Below are positions 1-12,664 of a stretch of DNA of 64,000 nucleotides, piece after piece. The stretch is from Vicugna vicugna (lineage: Eukaryota). The stretch spans positions 2,043,319-2,107,318 of the forward strand of contig MU061579.1 in NCBI GenBank assembly GCA_013265495.1. The letters run 5' to 3'. Numbering within the stretch: position 1 is the first letter of the stretch; each line of letters begins with the position of its first letter. The notes beneath the pieces were generated by a model. It searched no databases. It saw only the letters and a program-made list of their open reading frames with translations, and was not told where the DNA came from. A program made the position numbers and the translations under genes.

Positions 1-303
1 TTGCCCCCTTCTTTCAAGAACAGTCTTGAAAATAGTAGCTACATGTACTTCGTCCTGTTTTCCAGTTTTGATCAAGAAGAAGTTAAGTCCAAGTCTTTAA
101 ACCACCATGGCCACAGTGGAAGCGTGTATGATACTCATTTAAAGAGAGTTTATGTTGTAGTTGATGATGGGTTTACAAAGCTAACATACTGAGATACATC
201 CAGATATATAAAAAGCTCAGAGGCACATCTCTTAACTGCCAAACCATGTCAGCATCCTTGGTCTGGACAGTTGTTTTACATAATGTAAAAATACTCATTT
301 CCT

Positions 304-446
304 GGGGTGGGGGTGGTTATAGCTCAATGGTAGAGTACATACTTAGCATACACAACTTCCTGGGTTCAATCCCCAGTACCTCTTCTAAAAGTAAATAAAT
401 ACATAAACCTAATTACCCCCTCCCCCAAAAAAGTAAAAAAAAAAAT
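304..446 (+). mobile_element. tRNA-derived SINE, camelid vic-1-like
   Basis: G-rich head, A-box TAGCTCAATGG (320-330), B-box GGTTCAATCC (363-372), TAAATAAA/AAACCTAATTACCCCC body and A tail. Degenerate flanking repeat TACTCATTTCC / TATTCATTTTCC. Confidence 0.8.
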
Positions 447-693
447 TTTTTTTTAATTATTCATTTTCCATGAAAATTTAATTAATTTCAGTTAAGATAG
501 CCTGTTCCCCAATCATGTCACTTAATGAGTGTATTATGCTATCAATGAAAATTCTTCTAAAAATATTTGATGTTACATTAAAGATGTTAAGAATTAAAAA
601 ATATTTAAGTAAATATTCCTTTAATTAATATTTAAAATGTTGATGTCTATGTTCCTAAATATTATACCAAAATAAATTTTATCTGGAGTCATA

Positions 694-830
694 TTTTTTT
701 AATTGAAATATAGTCAGTTTACAGTGTTGTGTCAGTTTCGGGCATACAGCATAATAGTTCAGCCATCCATACACATACACATATTAACTTCCATGTTTTT
801 CATTATAGGTTACTACAAAATATTGAATAT
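694..830 (-). mobile_element. Young L1 3' terminal fragment
   Basis: PolyT followed by AATTGAAATATAGTCAGTTTACAGTGTTGTG, homologous to the copies at 1883 and 10097. Flanked by TGGAGTCATA / TGGAATCATA. Confidence 0.8.
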
Positions 831-1882
831 CTTGGAATCATAATTTGATTCCTACTTCTTGAATAATACAGAATATTGCATTATTTTATTTATGTATTTA
901 TTTATTTATTTACATCTCCCCCATCCTATTTCAGGAACTGTTTATAACAGTGAAATCTCATTGCAGTGACAATATGATCGATCATGTGCTGGGAATTCAT
1001 TAGACAAGAAAAAAGTAAATAGAAATATATAAAATATATGAACAGTGGTCTTCAAAGAAACTATACCCCATCCAACAACTTGTGATATCTAAATTAAAAC
1101 ATACTCAATTCAACTCCTTCAAAATCTTTTCAACACACATAAACATTTAGCATATATACGTTTTGTTTTTTCAAATCAACACTGTTCAGTGCCTAGAACA
1201 GTACTGGTAGACTGTAAATACCCACTGAATATTTCTTATTAAATTATCACTACAGGAAAGAAGATAAAAAATAAAAATAGAAATATCCAAACTCACAAAA
1301 TATATATACAGCAGTGTGCTCACATATTATGTAAGTTTAATAAAAATTGTTTTGTTTTGATTACAGAATGGGTGATTGATTAGCAATGGCAATGATTCAA
1401 AAGCAAAAATCGGCTAAAGGACTATCTTTTTAAATTGCAGTATTCATTTTGAAATAAAGTGCATAAATGCAGTTAATTCTATACTTATTCCTTTGGTCCT
1501 GGAACAGATTTATTGGGACCAGTAACATATTTCCTTGGTTTTAATTATGCACAGTATGTATTTTTAATGTTGCCAATTTTCCTGAAGAATAGCAAATGCT
1601 GCCTTTTACTCTATAGCTTTGATGTTGTGCATTATACGCTAAACGTTGTCTTTTTCCTGTAGCAACTATTGAGCATGTTGACACCCACAAGGTCCCAGCA
1701 TGGCCAGGCTCTATGAAGATGCAATTACTAAAAAAGACATAATTTTCAAATGTTCACTCTTTTAAAAATAGTTAATAACTTATCTTAACTATTAAAACTA
1801 AAACTAACCCTAGTGGAAACTTGTGAAGAGAGATGGTGAAAATCTATCTAGCGATGACTTATTAAAAGTGTCTGAGCCTCTT

Positions 1883-2153
1883 CTCATAGACATAGAATAC
1901 AAACTTGTGGTTGCCACGGGGTGAGGTGGGAAGGGATAGACTGGGAGTTCAAAATTTGTAGATACTGACAGGCATATATAGAATACATAAACAAGATTAT
2001 ATGGTATAGCACAGGGAAATTTATACAAGATCTTGTGGTAGCTCACAGCGGAAAAAAAATGTGACAATGAATATATGTTCACATATAACTGAAAAATTGT
2101 GCTTTACACTGGAATTTGACACAACATTGTAAAATGACTATAATTCAATAAAA
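1883..2153 (+). mobile_element. 5'-truncated young L1 (3' UTR) with target-site duplication
   Basis: L1 3' UTR ending CAATAAAAAAA. TSD AAAAGTGTCTG(A/T)GCCTCTT at 1864-1882 and 2154-2172, preceded by TT|AAAA. Confidence 0.9.
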
Positions 2154-3072
2154 AAAAGTGTCTGTGCCTCTTTGAATCTTGTATTCTTTCTCTTCTTTCA
2201 CTCTTTAATCAAATATGCATGTATGTGTATGTGTAAGTGTTGGTGTGAAGGTCTGTGTTCGTGTGTGTCTGTGCGTGTGTATGTGAATTTGTGTCACAGA
2301 GACATCATATTGTTTTATTATAACTCGAGGTATTCAAGACAGCATTCTTACAAGGTGCATCATTCTGCAGAAGGCATGATGATATTTATGTTTGTTGAAA
2401 TACATGAGCTGATGTACTGTTGCTCAATATATTGGTTTATACTCCCCCCTACACACACACACAAAAGCAGAAAACATTCTCTCCATCTCTATTTCTTTCT
2501 CTCTCAAATACTCATTCACAGACAAACTAATAAACGTGCACATAAAGCTGAACCATTACACACTTTTAAATACTTTTTTATGGTGTCTTCTGAATGATCA
2601 TTTGTTCCCTTTGCTTTCTGAATAATGGGAGCAATATATGGGCCACATAAAGCCCGCATGAAGTAGGTATATTTCAAATTAATTACAGTGACCCTTTTGT
2701 CTCAAATAATATTAAGCGTTGTGGAGAAACTCTAGACGAAGTTTTATTTTTCTCTCTCTCTCTAAATGAAACACTCCAACAGCCTTTCTAGACCCTGTCC
2801 ACAGATGTCATGATCAGTTAGGTGAAAACATTTACAAACAGCTTTGTTCCATGGGAAGCAGGAGTCAGGAGGAGGAAAAGGAAAGACCTTACCCAAGTTC
2901 TCAGAATGCCTGCCAGGTTCAGGGGGGTGGGAGGAGGCAGAAGCATAATCAAGAGGAATGCAAATTGGCAGTGTGGTGAATATAAGGTCAAAATAAACAA
3001 GAAGGGAGGGTTGTGTGTGGCTGGATTAAGAATAGGAAGTTTGTAGTTAAAAGATTATAGATGATGAATTTT

Positions 3073-3109
3073 ACACGTGCGCGCACGCGCGCGCACACAC
3101 ACACACACA
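3073..3109. repeat. (GC)/(AC) alternating purine-pyrimidine microsatellite
   Basis: ACACGTGCGCGCACGCGCGCGCACACAC read directly. Confidence 0.9.
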
Positions 3110-3269
3110 AACAGGTTCAGAATTAAACCCCAAAACAGAGATGTAAATCAGATTCAGGGCTCTGGGAAAGGAGGTTACTGTTTTAACCAGTTTCCAGTTC
3201 TTGCTACTAAGGCTGGCTGAGGGGTGAAAAGAAGCTTCACTATGTGAATATTAACAGTTCACCTATAGT

Positions 3270-3505
3270 TAATAATAATTCATTGAGCATGTGTATATGC
3301 AAATGCTGTGCTATATACTTCACCGTTAATCCTTGTAATAGTATTGGGAAGGATGTACAACTTTTACTCCCCTTGTACAGATGTGAAACCGAGGCTTGGA
3401 GAGGCTAAATATATTGCTCAAGCTCATGTGGCTACAGAGTAAAGGACAGAGTCAGGATTTGAACTCAGGTCTCTCTGACACTAGCCTCTGATATCGCAAC
3501 CACTG
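3270..3505 (-). mobile_element. MIR SINE
   Basis: Core ACAGATGTGAAACCGAGGCTTGGAGAGGCTAA...GGATTTGAACTCAGGTCT. Confidence 0.8.
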
Positions 3506-3509
3506 TTAA

Positions 3510-3700
3510 ATAGGTACTCACTAGCCCACTTGTGACAATTTAAATTTAGATTAGTTAAAAGTAAAAACTAAAATTCAGTTCCTCAGTCTCACTAGTCACA
3601 TTTCAGATGCTCAATAGCAACATGGATTTAGCGACTACCATATTGGGCAGAGCAGATAGAGATTTCTAGCATTGCAGAAAGTCCTCTGGGACAGTGTTGC
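3510..3700 (-). mobile_element. MER3 (hAT-Charlie MITE)
   Basis: AAAATTCAGTTCCTCAGTCTCACTAGTCACATTTCAGATGCTCAATAGC matches the reverse of the recalled MER3 consensus. Confidence 0.75.
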
Positions 3701-3832
3701 AATAGACTAAACTGCTTTATCAGAATTTCTTATCCTCTTACCTGATGGAAGAGGGCTAATTTCAAAACCAAGTAATTACCACTCTTCTTCCATGAAATTA
3801 CAGTTCAGGTCAGCAAATTCTCATTCCCTATT

Positions 3833-4049
3833 CAGGGCTTCTCTGATTCAGCACTGCTGACACATTGGGCTGAGCGATCCCTCGTTTGAGGAGCTGTCTT
3901 GTGCATTTTAAGACATCTACAGCAGTGTCCCTGGCCTCTACTCACTGGATGCTAATAGCATCCCCTCCCAGTGGTGACAGTCAAACCTATCTCTAGACAT
4001 TGCCAAATGTCCTCTAAATAATGAAATTATTCCTAGTTAAGAACCACTT
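3833..4049 (-). mobile_element. MER20 (hAT-Charlie MITE)
   Basis: CCCTGGCCTCTACTCACTGGATGCTAATAGCA...AGACATTGCCAAATGTCC...TTAAGAACCACT. Confidence 0.8.
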
Positions 4050-4439
4050 TGTGATGTCAGTCATAATGCTGTGTGAAGAATGAAGCAAGTTCAGTAAAGT
4101 CTGAGAAGAAAAACCTTCATTTAAAAAAGTACCTGTTTTTATAAAAAAAAGAAAAAATTCACCCTTCCTGCACCTGTGGCAGCATGTAGCCAGAGCCAGT
4201 GAGGCCACCAGCAAGCTTCCTTTCTTGTCAGCAGTTGTAACTCTCAGGGCTGTGCTTCTCTCAGCCAGCCTGGTGGGCTGCTTCTGGAGACCCTATAGAT
4301 CTCTGAAATAACACACTGACCAGCTAACTTCAAAGAATGAATCAATGAATGAAAGAACAAAGAAATGTACAAGTATGTACCATGTGCCAGGACCTGACTC
4401 TCTAGGACCTTCCACAATGTCATGTTCTCATTTCATGAA

Positions 4440-4860
4440 TCTTAGTTTGACTTTCTCCTCAGAAGCAGACCCAGAAACAAAGGAATTGAGCACAAGTAGT
4501 TTGTTTGGAAGGTGGTCTCAAGAAAAACCAGCAATGAGGTGGCTTGGTGAAATAGGCAAGGGAACACTGGGGGTGACGTGTTTATCAATTCAGTTACCAC
4601 AGTGGGTTACTGGAATTTAATCCCCTTGATGGATTCTAAAGTCAGTGAGGATTGTGTGTTTCAGAGTTATTCCACACAAGGGACATTAGAGCTAAGGAAT
4701 TTATACACCAACTCTAGCCAGTCATGGATTAAAGACTCCTAGGAGGTGGCAGGTGGTTTGTTAATTCCTCAGCACTTCTAACCTACCCTGGACAAGCAGA
4801 ACAATATCAAGTCAAAGAAAACTGTCTGGCAGTTGGCAGGTCCCAGCCATTAGTAAGTGC
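4440..4860 (-). mobile_element. Old ERVL-class LTR (LTR16/LTR33-like)
   Basis: CAGAAGCAGACCCAGAAACAAAGGAATTGAGCACAAGTAGTTTGTTTGGAAGGTG resembles the reversed 3' end of these LTRs. Confidence 0.55.
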
Positions 4861-7800
4861 AGTAGGTATCCTTTAGCAAACCTACTTCTGAATCTCTGTT
4901 TATACAGCTATCCGGTATGTAGGTGATTAACCTAGAAGTTGACATCTGTGATATCAGAGCTAGATGCAAGTCTTCACTCCAAAGCACTCTCCCTGGTGCC
5001 TGCCGTGCATGGAGCACCCTCAAAGATGTCACTATTAAGGGAGCAAGTCCTCAAACAGAAAAGAAGCAACACAGATCATTATCTCCTGATCCTTCTACCT
5101 CATTCTCCATCGACTCACCAAGTTAGGTCCCCTCTTGATTGTAAGTGCTTTATATGGGTTACCCCGTATTAAACAGGGTTGCCACAATCCCTTGGATCAG
5201 TGCTATTAAGATAATCGTTATACAGATGAGTAAATTAAGGCAAAGGATGCCTTGTTAAGCTCACACCACAAAACAAAGTGCACAAATCTAGGGAATCTGA
5301 CCCCAGGAACCATGCTTTTAGTGATTATGATATTTTGTCTTCAGATAGAAGAAGGGATGGATACATAGAATGAATTGCACTGTTTTTAGTAAGAAAGTGA
5401 CATCTGACAAACTTGCACTACAAAGTATGGGCAAAAGAGGCAAGACCAACAACTTTCATGGTCAGCATAGAAAAGAAGGACCTAGTTTCTGTCTTTGGAG
5501 AGAGTGAGATATAGACAGTATCGTGGCTCTCAAAATCAAGAAATGAAAATGATAAAACTTAGGACAGAGGCTTAAATTTAGAGCAAAAGCAATAGGCATT
5601 TTAAAGCAAAATCTCTGCAGTGTTTTAAAATATGTGGAAAAAGACGATCTAAAAGCTTTTTCTCCAGGAAGCTCTAGGACCCTCAAGATAATGAGAAAGA
5701 TAGTGTCCTGTACTCACAAGATACTGAGATTCAGGATGTCAGAGTGGACAGCAGCCCATCAAGTGAGAATTAAAGAGCCAGAAAACCAAGGGCACAGGAG
5801 AGACCCCAGCCAGGGGATACAACCACATTGGGACTGGAAGACATCATCAGAAAAAAATAGAGATCTCTGAGATGCAACACCCATTCTGTTCCCAAAGGCT
5901 GATCCTCAGTTTCTCCTCTTGCGGAAAAGCACTCTCCTACCTGAAGGGCACAGCGACCCCAGGTGATAGTCTATTCATATGACCTGTCCTCTAATGCAGA
6001 GCAGGTTACATGAAGCTCCAGAAACAGCTCCAGAAGCCATGGTTGTCCAAAGTATGTGTGCAAATTAATGCTTAACAATGGCCCTCTACTGAATATTTAA
6101 ATAAACTTCAAATGATATTTAAATGACTTTCAAAAACATAAACTGTTGGCTAAGAAACAAGGCAGGTCTTTAAGGATTTCTCAGAAATAATCAGGCTTCA
6201 AGTGTCCATTTGAGCCACAATACTTTGACAGAATGTCAAAAGGAGTCAAATTCTACATAAGCATCCCCTGCCCCCTCACCCCTAGCCCCACAGGCGTCCA
6301 CTTAGCTGCCTTTGCTTTTCCCACTGGCATTTTGCCAGGGATGTTGATCCTAGTTTTGTGACACTCCGGAGTCTCCAAGTACCTTAAGGACTATCAGATT
6401 CCCATAATGAGATTAATTTTAGTTCACTTCAATTTAAAAAGCAAATATATGTCAGACTACTTTTAGGAGGAGAAAATGACATGGTGAAATTAAAGGTCTT
6501 TGCCTGCTGGCGGGCTGACGGGGCTGACCTTGAGCCGAAGTAGATAATCCTGTCTCTGGGTGACTTTCCCACCTTATGCTGGTCAGCATGCACTTCTCAG
6601 GGGTCTACTGCTGTCTGTTGGCTTGCTCCCACCTGCAATGAAAAGGACAACCAGCGTGTGTGGAACACCAACTGAATGCTAGACGCTGCCCTGGGAAACC
6701 GGTGCATCTCTGATCTACACAGAAACCCTGCAAGTCAGCCTTTGAACTCCCGTTTTGCAGAGCAGGAAAATGTTTCAGAGAAGTTAACCGTCTTGGCCAA
6801 AGATCTTGAGTAATAAATGAATTGGCTTGCAATCAGAGATTTTTCTTGCTCCAGATTCCTTCTTACGTGCTAATGAGGAGAGAAAAATTCCTTGTGGTGG
6901 TGTTTTTCTTCTCTCTTTAACCTTTGCCCAATAAGATGTTTAATTATACAGTAGAATCTACCTCCAAAGCATTGCAAGGCAAGCAGACCCTCCCAGAAAC
7001 ACCAAATAGAGGCGATGAGAAATTAAAGGTTTGAAATCAAGAAGTCAAGCACAATACAGGCTGATTGGGTGGGGCATGGGGTTCCTTTATGGCATACCCC
7101 ATAAAGATACACAAGACTGTTGCAGACAGACCCTGGAAATGAGTAATCAGTAAGCTAAAGAAATATTCTTAATAAAGACATCTCATAACACAGTAGAAGC
7201 AGCTCTAACAGAGTGAGAGGCAGGCATGATCAGAAAAAAAGTAACTTGAGACAGATTTATGAAGAAAAATCAGGGAAAGGAGAGCAGGCTTCAACACCAG
7301 CTCTCATTCATCGAGTACTCACATTGCGCCAGGCTCTGTGAACCACGTTTCACATTCATCATCTCACATAATCATCAAAAATGTTATTAAAACACCCAAA
7401 GTCCTTCTGCTAGGATATGAACCTAGATCTGTCTGATTCCTGGATATTTCCTAACACCCATGATAATTAGAAATGGAAGAATGTCCACTAAATGAAATCA
7501 GATTTATAAGTGATCTGTTCTTTTATGGCCAGTAACTTCAAGGATTCAGATACTGAGCATTCCGTTCCCTGATACTGTGGAATCCTGTTTGTAATATTGG
7601 AATTTATATTACAAATTTTGTGTCATCAAGAAAAGTTTGCACATTGTTTAGCCATCTTCTCTTTCAAAAGGCAGAGGCTCATTTAATGTGTCTGTGACAG
7701 TTTCCCATTTTTATTATTGTTCACTTAATATTGACACTTTTAAGAGTAAACTTCAGTCTGGAGGATGACTTCAAGGGCAGCTGTGGAGGATGGTCTTCAG

Positions 7801-8453
7801 CTGTGTCTGAGCAGCACGCTGACACCTGCCTCCTTACTCTTGGTCCATTTTCTCACTTTGCAAATCTGCCTTTCCAAAGTACAGGTCAGAAAATTCTGCC
7901 TCTCCTGCAGCTGGATGCAGGCACATAACCTAGCATCTGACAATTAGAAGCAGCCACAGAGATGAGATGTGGATTTGGTGGTGAACAGCACGAGGAATAT
8001 GTCCCGCATGCCACACAGACTCCACCTCCTGCGAAGGCAGTGCCCGGGGTGACCCGTCCCCATATCCTATGTACACAGCAGCAGCAACAGCAGATTTTTG
8101 CCTAAAGAAGTCCCCCACCTGACTTGCCCCATGCCTACGCCCTTCTACCAACTCCTTCTCTTTCTCTGGTTGTGCATGAGTCATGGCAGAGTAACCTCCT
8201 AGCCTGGCTCCAGTCATCCAGGAAATTCTAACCTGATACACTTGTGTACTTAAACCATGTCTGCTTGATCTAGCCAGGGTAGAGTCTATTGTTTATAGCA
8301 AAAAGACAAAAACCAAAACAACCCTGACAGGCACCCAAACACAAACTAGCTTTTGAAGCCCTGTTACATCAAAGGATACAGGTTTTGTGAAAATATGACT
8401 TCTGGGAATATGTGGCGGGAACGTTTCATCTCAAGGCTTTAAACTTGAAGAAA

Positions 8454-9020
8454 GTTAGCATTTGGAAAGACTTAAGTGATGGTCCTTGTGTTTCCCCGAA
8501 AGATAAAGACACCAGTTCTTGTCATACCTGGAAGACACGATGGGAGACCATGAGTTGTGTAGTGAAAGATTTTAAAAGATTTATTTAAAAAAGAAAAAAT
8601 ACACTTCTAAGAATGGGAGGAGGGCTGACCCAGGGGAGGAAAAGTGGTGGTTTCTGTCTCCCCCTTTCTCTTACACCCTCGCTTAGAGATGGTCTTTTGA
8701 TTGATTGACAGCTCTTGTCCCCGGAGTGCTCAGTCATGTTTGGCCCCTTTGTGCATGTCCTTACCCACCGTGTACACAGAAAAACCCACGGTGGGGCCTA
8801 AACTGCAGGGTTAATTATCATACGATGAACACTGAGTCCCAGTTAAGTCCTTACTGTTAGCACGCGCTCATGGCTGTCAGGTTCTAACTGAATTCTTGCT
8901 GGCACTCATTTAGAAGTAAAGCCCCTTTATGCTGGAGGTGGGCATAACACCGTCCTCCGGACCATCCTCCCTCTCCTCCACCTACCTGCTCGGTGCTCCC
9001 ACTTATCTTCCTATTTAACA
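8454..9020 (-). mobile_element. Probable solo ERV LTR (family unresolved)
   Basis: About 570-bp block with retained CpGs. The minus strand starts TGTTAAATAGG and has AATAAA (8580-8585) towards its 3' end. Confidence 0.45.
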
Positions 9021-10096
9021 CTAGTTTGCCTTGATCAGATTCCAGTAAGGACCTCACAGAGTTGCAGCATAAGCAAGTTCATGCCTTCTCCTGCAGTTGT
9101 GTCTATCCTCATAACAAGCAGGAGTGAGAAAAGCATGTAGGTTAGATACAAGCTGTATTTATAGAGAGCAGGCTGTTTTCATGTATCAGTAAGTCATTAT
9201 GACCCTGGGAAGATGATGGCACCACCCTTCACCGTGATCGATAGGAAGAATTCTGTTCTCTATCAGAGATCACGTTGCATTGTGCTTAATAAATGGCTCA
9301 GGACCTCTATCAATAATTATGTCCCCTTGAGCATACGATCTCTTAATCTCTTGCAAGCCTTGCTTTCTTTCCTTGTATGTTGGAGCTAACATATCACTTA
9401 TAAAGATGTTTCATGAGTAACAGTTCATATAAAGTGCTACATATATAGTAAGCACTTTACAAATGTTAGATATGCTGTACAAATATGTGTATATGTATGA
9501 GTGTGTGTGTGTGTATTTGTAACAATCATTTACCTTCTTAAGAAGTCCTAATCTCAAATTTTTTTAGAACAATCCTGATTTCTATGACCTGCTGCCACGG
9601 CATCCAGTCAAATTCAGGCTAGATACAACAAGGCAGCCTCTAGCTTAGAACGTATGTAGAATATTATAAGTTCTCTACAGCTACCCTATTCCCAAACAGA
9701 GGTTGCACTCCTAACTCTGTACAGGAAACTGTGTGTGTGTGGGGGGGGGAGTGAGAATGATGAGAGAGGTGCCTAGATGGGGGTGAGGGAGCAAAAGCAG
9801 TTTCAAATATTACTCATAAAAAGTAAAGTCAAAACTCCTAGATCTGTTATATGGAAGATACCACAGTGGACATAAACCTTTAGTGTGACAGCGGTGGTAG
9901 ATATCACAGTACACAGCTGTTTGGCTTGACGCTGACCAAGAACACAGCCAGAATTGCCTAACTTTTGGTACCATTTCCCCTCACATCTGACATGGCTTGA
10001 TTATAACACTAAATTCCCTAGTGTTTTCCTCCAATCTATAGACTTCAACGTGGAGGCCTGTTGACTCTGCCTTCTTACTTCAGAGCTTGCTTTCTA

Positions 10097-10427
10097 TTTT
10101 TTTAATTGAAGTATAGTCAGTTATAATGTGTCAATTTCTGGTATACAGCATAATGTCCCAGTCATATCTATATGTTTGTTTTCATGTTCTTTTTCATTAA
10201 ACGTTACTACAAGATGTTGAATATAGTTCCCTGTGCTATACAGAAGAAATTTGTTTTTTAATCTATTTTTATATATAGTAATTCATATTTACAAGTCTGG
10301 AACTCCCGAGTTTATCCCTTCCCACCCCCTTTCCCCCAGTAACCATAAAATTGTTTACTATGTCTGCGAGTCTGTTTCTGTTTTGTAGATGAGTTCATTA
10401 GTGTCTTCTTTTTTCTTTTCTTTTTTG
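10097..10427 (-). mobile_element. Young L1 3' UTR fragment
   Basis: PolyT followed by AATTGAAGTATAGTCAG...CCCTGTGCTATACAG...GAGTCTGTTTCTGTTTTGTAGATGAGTTCAT. Confidence 0.85.
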
Positions 10428-11017
10428 GTGAGCAAGATTCTACCTTGCTCACTAAAGTGAACTTTCTTCTTGGCTTAAGAGTAGGTCAGGAAGTTTACCA
10501 AAGGCAGGTAAATGTCCTTGCCTTTACCGGTTTGTAACACCCCCCCCCTTCCAATATTACAAAAGAATTACACCAAACCTTTCAGAGATTTATGCTGGAA
10601 TGTTCTAATCAGATGGACATATATTTTTTTTTGTCTAAGATTCATAGAGAATAAGATGGTGCAGCTTCTGTTGGTAAGATATTGTGCTTAACAATTTGCA
10701 TCTTTAAATCCCACAAGCAATTGATTATCATTGCTAATGAAGCAGACTAGATGTCCAAAAGTTAGTCTGAATATATTTTAGTATTGACAAAGTTTAATCT
10801 GTATATATTTGTTATTCTTGTTGCCCACAATCCTAATCTGTGTAGGAATTACAATTCTACTTGTTTGTGATTCCTTCTGAGGTTTTTCTGGCATCAGCAC
10901 TTACACTAATGAAACAATTTGGTTTGGAAAAGTCTTCCTTGTTGGCTGAATTTAGGATTGAGTTTACAATCAACTTTTCTGACCACTGTCATTTTTCTTT
11001 GTTATACAGTCTAGAAT

Positions 11018-11230
11018 CTGAGCTGTCCAGTACAATAGCCACCAGCCACATGTAGCTATTTACATTTAAGTTAATTAAATTAAAATAAATTAAATTAAAC
11101 ATTAAGTGCCTCAGTTGTCCTAGCCACATTTCATGTGCTCAACAACCAACCACACATAGCTGGTGGCTAACTTGATTGGACAGGATAGAGAGTATTCCTA
11201 TCTATGGGGGAAATTATGTTCAGCACTGCT
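11018..11230 (-). mobile_element. MER3 (hAT-Charlie MITE)
   Basis: GCTGTCCAGTACAATAGCCACCAGCCACATGTAGCTATTT, an AT-rich core and CTAGCCACATTTCATGTGCTCAA. Confidence 0.75.
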
Positions 11231-11737
11231 GTTCTAGAGGCTATGTCAACAATGGTAAATGTGAGGTCATATAATAACATTAATTAAAAGTACTCATGAT
11301 TTGCTAGGGAGTTAAGAAAGAATATTGTTATTCTCATTTTAGAGCTTAAAGAAGCATGACTGGTGGGATATGGTTACAAATATTTTAAATTGTGTCTCCC
11401 ACTGCCTTTGGGTGGGGCTACTTTTCTTCTCGCTCCTATGTGAAAACTTAGTCCAGGACTTTTCTGGTCACTCTGAGAACTTTGTATCGTGGCTTTAAAT
11501 CATGAAACACACCATCAATTCAATAATTAGAATGTCTAGTCCTATGTAATTATCAAAGCTCTGAAGCTGATTTCAAATTGAAGCTTCTCTCTTCCTGCAG
11601 TCTGGGACCAGAGCTGGCGGGAAGACGTCATATGATAAGGGAGGTTTAGTCAGCTTCGTCCCGGTTTGTCTGCCAAGCACGTATTTTCCTCCTCTGTCAG
11701 CTTGACTGTAACAGCTGGTTCTAAGATAATACATCTA

Positions 11738-12071
11738 TTATTATGGTCTGAATGTTCACGTCCCCTCCCTAGCTCCAGAATTCGTATGTCGAAACCTGAT
11801 GTCCAATATGATTGCAGTGGCAGGCAGGGCCTGTGGGAGGTGACTGGGATTGGTGCTGGTATGAAAGAGGCTCAGGAAAGCGCCCTTGTCCCTTTCACCG
11901 TGTGGGGTTCCAGGTGGAAGGCACCAGCTGGAATGGGCTTTCCTCACATGCTGCATCTGCCGGTGGCATGGTCTCAGCCATCTCAGCCTCCAGAACTGTG
12001 TGAAATAAATGCTGTTTATAAAGTGCCCAGGTTATGGTATTTTGTTACAGCAGCCCAAATGGACTAAGACA
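11738..12071 (+). mobile_element. MaLR LTR MLT1A-like
   Basis: TATGGTCTGAATGTT start and CAGCCTCCAGAACTGTGTGAAATAAATG...TATGGTATTTTGTTACAGCAGCCCAAATGGACTAAGACA end. Confidence 0.85.
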
Positions 12072-12664
12072 ACTTTCACTGGCATTTCTGTAAGTTTTCT
12101 AGTGATTTCTCCATTCCTGAGGACATCTCTACATTTCCTTTGTCAAATATGTCTATTCTGTGGAATGAAGAGATAGGATATAGCTTCCTTTCATTTCCAT
12201 CCCTAGGTTTCCATTTCCTCTACTGAGGTCTGTTTGCCCCTCCAGGTAAGATTGTTCACTAGGATCACTCTATCTTGCATCTTCTTTATGCTCATGATTA
12301 ATCTCTGATCCATGGGAAACATCCTTTGCCCTGAATACACTCTGGGGATTTAGATTACTAGACAAAGCAGCAAGCTCTCCTGTTTCCACCACTGGAGTGG
12401 CTAGGCTTCCAGCCATTCATTCTTTCCACTAATCAGACTTGCTGTGGATGCCAGCCAACCGTGTCCTCCAAAGTTCAGGAGAGACATGTTAATGAGCCCT
12501 TCGAGTGGTCACCTTAAAGCTACTATCTTGTAATTGAGGGAGCTGGAATTCACAGGATGGCTCTCACCAAAGAAAATTTCCCCAATCTCTAGCTCTGAAA
12601 TTTTTGTATACCCTCAGTGTGGATGAGTAGATTATGAGCCATTTAACAGGGTTTTAAAGGATTT

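Noticed and set aside
304..385. Possible tRNA gene
   Set aside because: A/B boxes are present, but it has a SINE body, an A tail and decayed stems. It is a tRNA-derived SINE.
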